Below are positions 52,803 through 64,000 of a stretch of 64,000 nucleotides of DNA, one piece after another (within the stretch, counting starts at the first letter, position 1; every line of letters begins with the position of its first letter). A model generated the notes under the pieces. That model was not told where the DNA came from. It saw nothing but the letters and a program-made list of their open reading frames with translations, and ran no database searches. Both the position numbers and the translations under genes were made by a program. Source of the stretch: Paramecium tetraurelia. Its lineage: Eukaryota. The stretch spans positions 186,001 through 250,000 of the forward strand of contig CT868041.1 of the NCBI GenBank assembly GCA_000165425.1, in the 5' to 3' direction.

Positions 52803-53600
52803 ATGAGTTAAGGATCATAAAAGTAAAGAACTTCATCTCCTTAATTTGGAGTAAAAGTTACATAAAGGGAAAGCAGCGTAACCAATGAAAAGACGAAACC
52901 AAATACAAAGCTTTTTTGAAAAATATTCATACCTTTTAGGTAATTGGTGAATTAGGATTTATGTATGTTTATACTCATTTTCTATATTTCACCATCAAAT
53001 AAAAAACTTAGTACTGTTCATTAAACGATCAAGAAGATATTGCAAGTCATAATTCTTTAGGATCATATTTACATGAATTTAATGATGTCTTTAAAGGTTG
53101 GGGTATTATAAATGCTAAATTAATCTTTAACATTCAAGGAAGAATTCCATAATGTCCAGAAAACTATAATTATTTTTTTAGTGAATTTTAAACTGAAATG
53201 TGTTTAACCAATATACAATCAAGGTAATATATTGGCTAATCTATAGGATGTTACTGTTGTTTCGGCTACAATTGATAGATTATGTAAAGAAAGAAATGGG
53301 AAATTTTAAGTTTATATATCACCATAATCACAATCTCATTTGATAAATTGAATTTTAGATGAGAAGAAGGAAGCGTCAAATGGGTATTAGAAGTTGGTAA
53401 AAAGTAAGGATTTTTTACAAACGCTTGTTACCATACAGAGGAATTGAAAATACAAAAGATAATTAGGATACTCTCTTTACTAATTGTGAAAATATAAAAT
53501 ATAAGATCATCGCGTAGTTTCAAGCGAGGAAAACAACAAAAGAGAAATCTTAAATAATTGACCTCTTTTGTAGCAGTTACTCATATATTTAAAGACTTTC
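52803..53600 (+). pseudogene. Hypothetical or decayed gene inside the inverted repeat interval
   Basis: ATG 52803 and protein-like blocks (FNDVFKGWGIINAKLIF...CPENY) with intron-like segments, but frame breaks I could not resolve. Confidence 0.35.
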
Positions 53601-53678
53601 ATATATATAAGGGGGGAATTTATCCCTTAATTAAATATTAATAATAATTATTTTTTTCAAATTATTTTTTAATTTATA

Positions 53679-55049
53679 TCAAACAAAATCAAATTAGAGT
53701 TTAATGATTTCTTACATTACAATTTGATTGTAATAATTTTTTAATTCTTATTTCACATTAGATTTGATTGTATTAATAAAGGTTTGAAAATTATTGAATG
53801 AGTAATTTGATGCCTAGATCTTCAATTCTTAAATGAATATATGTTGCGCCTTCTATTCTTCATATTAAATATCAAATTTATAATTTGTTTCAATATTTGT
53901 TTTAATCTGAGTGTTTATTTAATTAATATTTTTATATTCTTCCAAAAGAAGACTTAATTGATTTTTCAAAATTAATTTATTCGTATTATTAATATCCTTA
54001 AGGATTGCGTTAAATTTAGAATCGAATTCATTATCCCAAGATTCAAAAAAGGCTCTGAGCTGATTCCAAATTATTTTGATCATTTATTACTTTATAATTT
54101 ATTCAACAACATTGTATATCTATAATTCATCTTAAGTTAATGTAGAAATGTCTAAAAATTGCTCAGTATCTGAAACAGTGTCATCCATAATGCATGTAAT
54201 GTATTTTAATTTACAAGTAATGCTCTGCGAATTTTAAATTTTCTAAAAAGTTTTCGATTAGAAATTACATTCGATATCTTTTAGATAACATACCATATTC
54301 TTCTCCTTCTTAATATTTAACAAGTTAAGTGTTTAAATCGTTTGAGTTGATTGATAAATTAATTGATCCTTTTTTTAGTTTCTGCTATTTTTAATCAACA
54401 CAACTAAAATAAAATTATTAAATACCCATTAATTAATTGATTAAAAAATTCTATTATTTTTATTAAATCATCTTCTTTTTCATTATTTTTATATTCATTC
54501 AATAGATTATAAATTAAGATTAATAATTAACACTTTTAATCTTAATATGCTTAAATAATTTAAATTAAACATTCAATTATCTATTGAACATCTTGTTAGT
54601 AATTTATTTAATATTCACAATCATCAATAAGTCTATAATTAATAAAATATACTTATTGTATTGTAAATTTAGTTTATATGATGGTTAATTTATTATTTTT
54701 ATCATTTTTTAATTTAATAACAATGTTTTAAGGTATTAATTATCCATGTGATATTTTACATTAATGTAATTATTAAAGTTGTTTTAAGATTTCCAATATA
54801 ATAATTAAAAGCTAACCTTTATAGATCTTGATGAAATTGTAATTCTAAATAATACATTCAATTTACCAATGACTCAATTAATTACCCTAAGCTAAAACAT
54901 TCAGACTAATAAAATTTATATTCAAGAAGATCTTTAGACTAAGTAGTTGTTTAATAATCATTTTTTTCAAACTGCATTATTCTTTCATAATAATCATCCT
55001 CTCTATTCACTTTTTATGCAATTTCATACTAATTCTACCATCCTTTCAT
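53679..55049 (-). CDS. Kinase-fold-derived lineage-specific gene, copy B (single homopolymer indel near 54233)
   Basis: MKGWQNQYEIAQ...ECFSLGQLIESL|intron|...ISHGQLIPQNIVI...VYFINY...EIIKLQFDFV-TGA; two 22-nt introns. Confidence 0.75.
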
Positions 55050-55111
55050 TTTTTTGTATAAATATAAACTGATTTTATTTTGAAATATTAATTTAATAGA
55101 ATTAGAACTAA

Positions 55112-56522
55112 ATGCAAGGCTTATAGACCATCTACAAGTTTACTTATCCAAAGAAATAACCTCTCCCGGAAGTACACTTTATTTGTAAAAGAGAAGATGA
55201 AAATTGTTTTTTTTATCAACTTGAAGCATCAAACTATATTTCCCTTGATGTACTCCTAAAAGCTTATGTAAAAATTTTATTTAACATAGTTAACTCAAAT
55301 TATACGATTGAGTATTGGCTAATGTTTAATATTGATAAAATTAATTTATGAAAAGGTTATTGAAGTTTATAGAAAGGAAGGAAAAACATTACCTAAAATA
55401 ACATTGGAAAACATATGGATTTATACTGATAATGGATTTAGTGGAGAAATTAGACCATAAAAATCAATGAAGATTATATTTTTGAATTATTAAGATGAAA
55501 ATGTAAGTATAGAAGAAAATTTGAATCAACTTTAATTTATCAATCGTAAAATAAAAACAATTTGTGCTAAGACTGAATTTAAAATAAGGGCGATTGATGG
55601 TAAAAATAGCCATCTAATATAATAAATAACTAATGTTATTGATGATATGTTTTATGACATAGAAATGTGTTTGTACTAAAGTCCAAAAGAAATTAAAGAT
55701 AGAATCAAAAAATACGTAAATGAAGACACTTAGGAAACTGATTATGAATATTTGCAAGTTGATGAAGTTTCATATATTCAAAAGAATTTTGAGAATGTAA
55801 TTAAAAAATTAAATGAAATATTCAAAGTGGATTGCTAAAATGAATTGCAATTACATAGAAAATTGTTAACTTGGTAATAAACATTATTTGATGAATTTAT
55901 TGAAACAACTTGGGATAGATAAGGTTATGAAATAATAATGAGGATTTTAGATAATTTTGAAGATAAGATTAAAAATGACGAAAATATGACAACTGAAATT
56001 TTTCATAAATTCTTTAGAAAGTTAGAAGAATAAGGATTTTTGAATTTTAATTCAAAAAAATTACTTACATCCTCAGAAATAAAATTTAATCGTGAATTAA
56101 CTTTATCATTGCAAAACGAAAAGAGTAATCGGGAGAAATAAGAAAAGGATAAGGATGTTTTAGTAGGGGGTATTGAATAGATGTTTGCAGAACGAGTGTT
56201 GGAGGAGAAAGAAGACGCTAATGATTTTGCACAGTTTAAATTAAAAAAACCCATAAGGGATAAAAATTTAATAATATTGAAAGATTTTTATAAATAAAAT
56301 GCTCAAAATAGATATAAGTTGTTTGATAGGTTTTATTACACTATTAATTTTGAAGAAAAATGGACAAATTATATAAAAGTTGAAGTTTTACCAAGAGAAA
56401 AAAAAACAATTCAAGTCGATGACGAATAGTTAGATAAAACCTTAACTCCCTTATTTGAGAAACTATTAAGAGAGAATAAAATTGGCAGAAATAACCAAGA
56501 AGAAAAACCGAAGTATATTTGA
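55112..56522 (+). CDS. Distant member of the same pseudokinase-like family, divergently transcribed from copy B
   Basis: MQGLQTIYKF...YISLDVLLKAY|22-nt intron at equivalent position|...KITLENIWI...IIFLNY; TGA 56520-56522, frame continues to a second TGA at 56574-56576. Confidence 0.65.
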
Positions 56523-56653
56523 TTATTTTATTATTACAAAATTAATGCGATCGAAATTTATGATTTTATGTTGTGATCATAAATTTTACATCCAAATATA
56601 TATTTTTAGGGTTATATAAGGATTATATAATATTTTTAATAACATAATCAAAA

Positions 56654-57163
56654 ATGGGAAATGGTCAAGGAATGGAGGAGTAGATGGGTACATTCTAACC
56701 TCAAGAGATTAAAAGACTTTACAAGAGATTTCAATTCTTAGATAAAGATGGTTCTGGTTAGTTAGAACCATCTGAATTGTTTGATGTTCCTGAGCTATCA
56801 CAAAATCCATTAGTGAAAAGAGTGTTTCAAATATTTGATAAGGATAATGATGGTAAGATAAGTTTTGCTGAATTTATCACTGGACTGTCCAGCTTGTATG
56901 GTAATGATGAAGAGGAGAAGTTAAAATTTATGTTTAAAATTTATGATATAGATTAAGATGGATTTATTACAAACGGAGAGTTATTCAAAGTGCTTTAAAT
57001 GATGGTTGGAAATAATTTAACTGATGTTCAATTACAACAATTAGTCGATAGAACTATAATCAAAGCAGATGAAGACTTTGATTCTAAGATTTCCTTTGCA
57101 GAATTTAAGAAAATGGTTAAAGACTTAGATGTTGCTTCTAAACTCTAAATGTAAGGAGTTTGA
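56654..57163 (+). CDS. CNB1: Calcineurin regulatory subunit B
   Basis: MGN myristoylation start, four EF-hands (DKDGSG, DKDNDG, DIDQDG, DEDFDS), [16 protein letters not shown]; intronless, 169 aa. Confidence 0.97.
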
Positions 57164-57604
57164 TCGATATATATACAAAATATATTACATTCAATATAAT
57201 AATCCTCATTCAAGATCAGATGGACAAAATATATGATAAACTATTATGCAACTTACTTTAAGATGCAAATCATCTTTAAGTCAAATAAGTCTTTCTGTAA
57301 TATCGTTTGTTAAAGCCCTATAATAGTAGTGAAAGTTTTAAGTTAAAAATCATACGTGAATTTTTTTATTTCATAATAAGGAAATTTCTAAAGATCAAAG
57401 TTTTACAAATCTTCTGTAATGAGTAATCCAAATCATACAAGAAAATACAAGATTTTACCAATTGAGAATAATACTTAATTATAATTTATTATCCTAAAAA
57501 AAGAAAAAAGAATAGTTTTCTAAGAATTTAATTTATTTCTTAATTTGATTACGATTTTCATTTCATAAATTAAGTTCCCTTAAAACATATTATTTATTTA
57601 AGAA

Positions 57605-57901
57605 ATGATAAGAATATCGACTTGCAAAGGCGATTAAAGCATTGATCAAGATAATGAAATCAATTGGTGTTTTGAGTAACTGTAAACAGAAGTTAGTGCT
57701 AAAAGACATGAAACTAAAATAAGAACAGATAAAAATAACAATGAAATCAATGGTTAGAACAAAAAATTCTCAATAACCTTTAGAGACGAGATTTTTCCAA
57801 AAGAAGGTCTTGCAGATGTTTAAATAGTTGAAAATTGGAAAATTTATAATGTAAATTAAGAGAGAACAGCAGCAAATGATTGTTCGTGTTAAATCTCATG
57901 A
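57605..57901 (+). CDS. Small (98 aa) protein with CaaX-like C-terminus
   Basis: MIRISTCKGDQ...KKFSITFRDEIFPKEGLADVQIVENWKIYNV...NDCSCQIS-TGA. Confidence 0.6.
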
Positions 57902-58174
57902 ATCCTATTTATTTATTGATTTTAAATTTGAATCTAAACTTATTTCATTTCTCTTTCAAATTAGGTAGAATTAGGTGTTTTTGTCATTTTTTTAAACTTA
58001 CTAAACCTTACTATTTTTTAATACTGTGCCTTTTTCTAAAAATAGTGATTGAACTGTATGAATATTCAATCGATGATAGTTTAAGATTATAAAATATATA
58101 CCCTTCAACGATAAAAAATATAAATTATCTACTCTTCAAAACACACAAATAATTAATGATCATAACATTATATT

Positions 58175-61100
58175 TCATTTTTTGTTAATAGTTAAAATAC
58201 TAGCCCGAACTTATTTCATCTGACGAAGCTAACTAATTTCGTTAGCTATAAAACTCTTTTTAGGACCTTTATTTCCAGGAACTTCTAGTTTTGTTGGGTC
58301 TTTAATAGATTATCTTGGTAGTATAGGTTTTAACACTGATTGTCTTTAGGCTTCTTTTGGAGGTGGTTTAGGTCCTTCATCTGCTCTTCTTGCTGTTAAT
58401 GGTGTACTTTTCAACATTTATCTTTTTTTTAGTGCTTCTTATCTTTTTGCTCTTTCTTCCCTTTATAATTTCTCAAATTTTTATCTTAAAATCTGTCTGA
58501 ATATTTTTAAAATTTTATCACCAAATTTATCTGAAGGGTCTTTTGGATTTTCACCATAAAATTAAGCACATTGTTTGTATTCTTCCTCTAAAAGATTAAT
58601 CCTCTTGTCTAGTTCCTCAATGTCCTTTGTAATAGATTCATACCCATCCTTGAATTTTTATTATACTAAATCCTATTGATCATCTGTTTATGATTCCATA
58701 GCCTTTTTTATAAAACTACAACCTTTTTTGATGTCTCCCAAATCAACCACTAATTAATGGACTGGTACTCTCTAAAGAACTTCAAATGCTTTCATTTCTA
58801 ACTTTCAATTACATAATTACTTTCTTCAGAAATAATTTCTCCTCCTATTATTTACTCTGTTTTTTCGATTATGTACAACAATAAATTATTATTTAGATTA
58901 TCTGATGTTTTGACTTCAGCACAAATGTCAAGAGCCTCTATTTTGAAACCCAAAGCTGTGCCTCTAGGAGTCTTAGCTACATTTTAACAATGTATTTGTA
59001 CCATTTAAAAAGTTTCCAATATTCAACGTTATCAATAATATCTTTTATAATCCTTATAAATTTCTTATTTCTTAAAATCTTGAAGTTAAAATGGTCATTT
59101 TATCAATTAAATCTTATCTATAATCATCATAAACTGATTTAAATTTTAATGATCTAATTCTAAATTAAAATCCATTCACTTATCTAATGCTGTCAATAAA
59201 AGTTTCAACAACTCCTAGCAATTCCCTTTGACCTTAGAATTCACTGATCTAAAATTAATTACAAAATTCTTACAGTCTTGATTTCTTCATCAGTGGGGAT
59301 TATGGTATCAAGAGAATCTATTGCAGAATCAGTCAGTATATTTAAATCAATTGATAATAGAGATTTCATAATCAAAACATTTGGTATCTTAATTTTTCCT
59401 AAGACTAATTCAATATTTTTGGATCTGTCTGTTGCGATTAATTGTATTTTAGTTTACACGACTTTCTTAACAATCTAATTTTCACTATTTTGGGTTTAAG
59501 AAGATGAAGCAGATTAAATCTTATAAAAGTATGTTTCTAGGTATTTTGTATCTATGTCATAGGATTCCTAATAAATCTATTCATATATTGTATTTTTCAT
59601 ATTCTAAGGTTATATCAAAATCCAATTTAAAGGTTTAGTAGGAACAGATGGAATAAGTTCTTTTTTATTGAAAGGAAATGGAGAATCTGATGGTTTTGGA
59701 GCTTATTAAGCACCTTTTAGAGGAGGTGGCGGGGGTGGAGGAGGACCACCGCTTTTTAAACTTGGAGGTGGTGGTGGTGGAGGAGGAGGAGGAGAAGCTA
59801 CATTTATTTTAATTGGTTCAGCAGGTGGAATAAGTTATTTATCCTTCTGTTCTTAAGCGGTTACCTAAGTAGAAGGATTAGGTGGAAATTCAAAAGTAGT
59901 TTAAACTTCTTTAGTTACATAGATTTTTTGAATAGTTTATGATTCAGAGTGGATCATTTACTTTTTTTCAATTATAATTTCATTCTTTTGTTCTATTTGT
60001 TTATTTTAATTATTATTAGCATTTAATTAGTTCTAATTATCTTAATCTAATATATCCTTTTGAGGTATTTAATTTTATTCTGATTTATCAGTTTATTTTT
60101 CTTATTTTTCAGATTAAGAATCTTCTTTGGATTTTGTTTCTGGTAAAATTACTTAGGTATCTTTATCAGTATTCAAAATAGCTGTTTAAGACATCTGTGT
60201 TTCAGTTTATTGTTCATCAACTTTATCTGAAATAGGCATTGAGGCATATTGGTCAATATATCGTTGTAATAAATCAATTTATTATTTCTAGGTTTGAACT
60301 TTTGTTCTTTCCATTTCAATTTAATTTATTAGCTAATTTTCAACGAAATTCGAGTTTTAAACTTAGTCTTTCAATAAAGTCAACTCATCTGTTAATGAAT
60401 TGATTTACAATGAATGTTATTGTTTAAGAAACTCGATTTATTCTTATACTAAATTGTTAATTTAATCTTAATTTTGACTTGTTGAAAGATATATCAGTTT
60501 TTCATTTTATTCTTCAAGTTTTTTAGTTTTATCCTGTTCATCAATCAATTTGAGTTATAATTCTCGGCATTATTTTTCCATCTCTTCATATTTAGAAAAT
60601 AGAATTTAATGTTTTTCTTCTAATGCATTGTATTCTTATTGTAAATTAGCATTAGCATATTTGATCATATTGCCTTAATTTCTAAATTAATCATTATTCT
60701 TTATTTTTGAAAAGCTGACCAGTCTGTTATCATTGTCTTCTTCCTCTTCTTCATCAACTTCAGCCAAAGTTTACATTTCATTAAAGACATCATTTGGATT
60801 AGAAATAATTTCGGTTTGTTCCATTTCATCATTTTCAATTTAGATTAAGATTGAATCAATGTTTAAAATACCGTCCATGAGTTCAAAAATTTGAACTTTC
60901 AAAATGCTAAATAATTTAATATCATGCTATTCAAAATAGAAGCAATTCTCAAATTTAATTCTCCCAGTTTCTTCAAGATCAAATTCAACATTAGGTTTGA
61001 TAGAATCTTTGGGAGGCTTTTCTGTAATGGTTTTGAATCTCGACATTGAAAAAAATTCATTATCTTGATTTAATTTTTCAACAAGGGGATGTTAGAATTG

Positions 61101-62200
61101 AGCCAATTTTTACCTTACGCCTTAATAAGTGCATTCTTCAATTTAATAATAATCTTTAACAATTCTAATTTTCACTTATTGAAATATTTCATCAATCCTC
61201 TTCCCATTTATGACTGTTTCCAATAATTCTTTATTTAATGCATCAGATTCAGGTTTCTCAACTGAAAATAAAAAGTTAAACAAAAATTAAAGCAGATGAT
61301 AAATGATAATTAAATTCTTCGTATAGTAAATACTTCGGATTATTACATCAAATCTATAGTTTAATACATTTAAGTTACTTAGTTTATAATCTGTGATTAT
61401 TTTAAAACTCAGTCATGGCATCAAGGATGTTATCCAAACATTCAGGTTACCAACATAAGCCAGACTTACCCCCTAATACTTATAGCATCAATCCTGTAAT
61501 TTCTGGTTCTACAGGATGAAATGTACTAAACATGATTTAGAAGAAATTAGATGTGTCACACAATAATTAGACACCTATTGAATAATAATTGGCATATCAA
61601 GAATACCTGATTCATGGTGTAACAGCTTTTCAAATATTTTGATAATAACAATTTAATCTCTAAAATTTTTGGAATTTCTGGATAACAATTCCTAAGTTTT
61701 CAGTTCTACCACTAATTTTGTAATGAGATCCACTTTGGCTATCAAAGTTACTTTATGTTCAAGAAGTTCATCATTAGTTAAGTTTCTTGACAATGCTTAA
61801 ATAGTTGTATATGAGATGTACCTTCTAATGATATAACATCTTGTTGAGATAACACTTTCTGGATTAGCTTATCTGTTTCCTGCATAACTTTCTATTTATA
61901 TTATTCTCCTTTAGTTATCTCTTACATGATTTAATCATGTTTGCAACACAACCTAAATTTGTATTTAAGAGGAATTCCTTTCAGTTTCTCCTTTTCCCTT
62001 CTTCCAATAACAATCTGTTTTAATAAAATAATGCTTACTTTGCTCAGCCATTTTTGAAACATAGTCTCGATATCTTTTTCCCTCGGAGGCACTTTTGGAA
62101 AGTTTTGCTTTCCCTTTAACCCTTTAAAAGGAAGAAGTATTTCTTAGCCTTGGATGGTGGAGTAGCACAAAGTCTGATTAATCTCTATAGAATTTCCCAT
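58175..62200 (-). CDS. Formin (N-terminal GBD/FH3-like region, coiled coil, FH1 poly-Pro, FH2)
   Basis: MGNS start; poly-proline tracts at 59720-59790; following FH2-like sequence with PTKPLNWI and TPRGTAFGFKI. Confidence 0.9.
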
Positions 62201-62372
62201 AATTTATTAATTGATTTTAATTAGAGTGGGATAATGAAATTATTTAAATCTTTATTGCTGATTCTGATATTCTATTAAAAGTTGAGAGTATCTGAAATGC
62301 TTGATATACTGATTGTTTATATGATAACTTAATTTTTATAGATAAAGTTAATTAATCAATTTACAATTTTGC

Positions 62373-64000
62373 TCACATTCCTAACCTGTTTAAATAATGT
62401 TAAAATTCAACATCTATTAAATACAAAATCAAACTTACTTGTTTCGCAACTTATAACAACTTTATATAAGGATCCATCCATCAAACTAGCTAGTAGAACA
62501 AAAGATTCATTCTCCATATCTAATCGATATTCAAGAGAAATTACATTAAGTGAATGTCTTAATTCCGACATTGGATGTATTTTGATACAAGTGGAAAAAT
62601 ATAGGGGGTTGATCCGGTAGACTAGCTATATCCTAAATTATAAGTATCTCTCCCTTAAGAGTGGACACCAATAGGTGAGACTATTAGTATATGCTGATTT
62701 CAGTTATAGTGCCCATGTTGTTGTAAGAATATCTCTAAATATTCAAACCATTAACTCTAAAAATGATATTGCTCAGATAATACCTGGTTGCTATAATTTA
62801 ATTTTTGCTTGTATATAATACAATTAACCCATTCCCATTGGTGACAATATTCTGTACTTTTTCTCCATCCATTAAATCAAGTTTAATATCATTCAGGAAT
62901 AATCCAGAAATGATAGAGTGAATTTATAGTTTCCCAATTTTATCCAAACTTATGACAACTTACAAAGTATCATCAATATGAACGCATTTGATGGTTCTAT
63001 CATGTCCATAGAGTATTAAAGATGGGGTGGAGAAGAACGAAATTAACTTATCATTTGAATGAATGGCCTTCCATATAGTCACTCTATTGTCTTTTGCTCC
63101 TAAACATAATATTTTCAATTTAGGGGAATATGATAAACAAGTGACTCTCTTTTTATGTAATTTGATTTTATGACTAATCTAAGCTGATTAAGATTTGTCT
63201 GCAATTAAGTTATATATGTAAACTGCGCCACTTAAATACCCACAAACAAATAGAACATGGTCATCGAACTGAAATTATAATTCTTTTGAATGCAGTTTCT
63301 CATTTCCTCTAATAGAAAATGATGAGGCATTTGCCAATTTGTCATCACTTTCTCTTCTCTCTTAATTACTATTAAATCTAAAATATTTAAAATAAATACT
63401 TTAATTTGTACACTTATTTGTCATTCAATAAAACATATAAATTTTCACTCTCCTTGTAGATTTTTATAGCTACTTTTTTATCAAACTTCATAATTTTCTT
63501 AGAATTGAGAGACTTTCTTTCACTTAGGAGTTTGATTAAGTTTATTGGTGTAAACTAAAAGGACTCCTATTTTTGTTTAGGCCAATGAGGCTTTGTAAAT
63601 AGTTGAAATGGCACCTAACCAAACTACTATATTTAAGCTAAATATCCCAATCTTTCTTAACTTGGTAATTTCTCTATGTATGTTATACACGAATCATAGG
63701 TTAACCAATGATATAGGTTATCCTTTTTCTTTGCCTCTTCACCATAGGCATAAGGCCCAAAAATTAAATTAATCCAATTATGCAATTTCTCACTTACATA
63801 ACTAGACTCAAGAGCCTACCTATTAATTTCAATAAACTCCTCGCAACTTGATGCCCATGGAGGTAATACTACATCATCTACTTAATCTTGATTCTATCTC
63901 TGACCAAATTATATCTTATTAATATTCTTCAGAAATTCTGGCAAATAAAAATACTCAGGAATGAGTTCTCTATAATCTTAATTATCATTTTAGCAAGATT
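62373..64000 (-). CDS. BEACH domain + WD40 protein, 3' part (5' end beyond the window)
   Basis: YRELIPEYFYLPEFL, DDVVLPPWA, INRQALESSYVS..LHNWINLIFG, GQVPFQLF, then WD repeats (LYGHD). Confidence 0.93.

Larger units (their letters stand above)
46363..55049. repeat. Inverted repeat pair of ~1.37 kb (46363-47727 and 53679-55049) enclosing ~5.9 kb
   Basis: Direct by-eye comparison: long stretches identical in reverse complement, including both introns. Confidence 0.95.

Noticed and set aside
18148..54235. Programmed ribosomal frameshifting system (Euplotes-like) explaining the frame breaks
   Set aside because: The sites share no AAA-stop or slippery heptamer motif and need different shift directions. 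Most lie in or beside homopolymers, and comparing the two repeat arms shows simple run-length differences, which points to sequencing error.
46363..55049. Composite transposon / TIR element carrying cargo genes
   Set aside because: The arms are intron-containing gene copies bounded by ATG and stop. I saw no transposase motif, target-site duplication or terminal non-coding repeat.
59720..59790. G-rich GGT/GGA repeat as telomeric or G-quadruplex element
   Set aside because: It is the antisense of the formin FH1 poly-proline codons, not G3-4T2-3 telomeric repeat.
1740..62620. Most ORFs in the supplied track taken as standalone small proteins
   Set aside because: They are standard-code fragments, wrong-frame or antisense shadows of longer ciliate-code spliced genes.
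1..64000. CRISPR arrays, rRNA genes, prokaryotic operons
   Set aside because: No regularly spaced repeats or rRNA-like sequence seen; the DNA is eukaryotic.

Overview
AT-rich, gene-dense ciliate macronuclear-type DNA, most consistent with Paramecium. Genes read only with the ciliate code (TAA/TAG = Gln, TGA the sole stop) and are split by tiny 20-35 nt GT..AG introns, so the supplied standard-code ORF track is fragmented or in the wrong frame. Manual translation supports about 40 protein-coding loci. Recognisable products are a Trf4/Cid-type nucleotidyltransferase, seryl-tRNA synthetase, a trichocyst matrix protein, a mitochondrial-carrier-like protein, RanGAP, a CTD-type phosphatase, YggU/DUF167, a PDI-like protein, a PHD-DDT-WHIM/WSD (ISWI-partner-like) protein, several kinases and pseudokinases, Alba, V-ATPase c, VPS4, dCTP pyrophosphatase, Myb, a CCCH zinc finger, BolA, eL27, eL6, a GSK3-like kinase, calcineurin B, a formin and a BEACH-WD40 protein. 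There are also two tRNA genes (Ala-AGC, Val-CAC) and a 150-N assembly gap. The most notable structures are a ~1.37 kb inverted gene pair bracketing ~6 kb with a gene-conversion-like identity pattern, a 101-nt structured intron, and a decayed island beside tRNA-Ala. Scattered single-base frameshifts are probably assembly errors. All coordinates and splice models are by-eye and approximate; no database searches were run.
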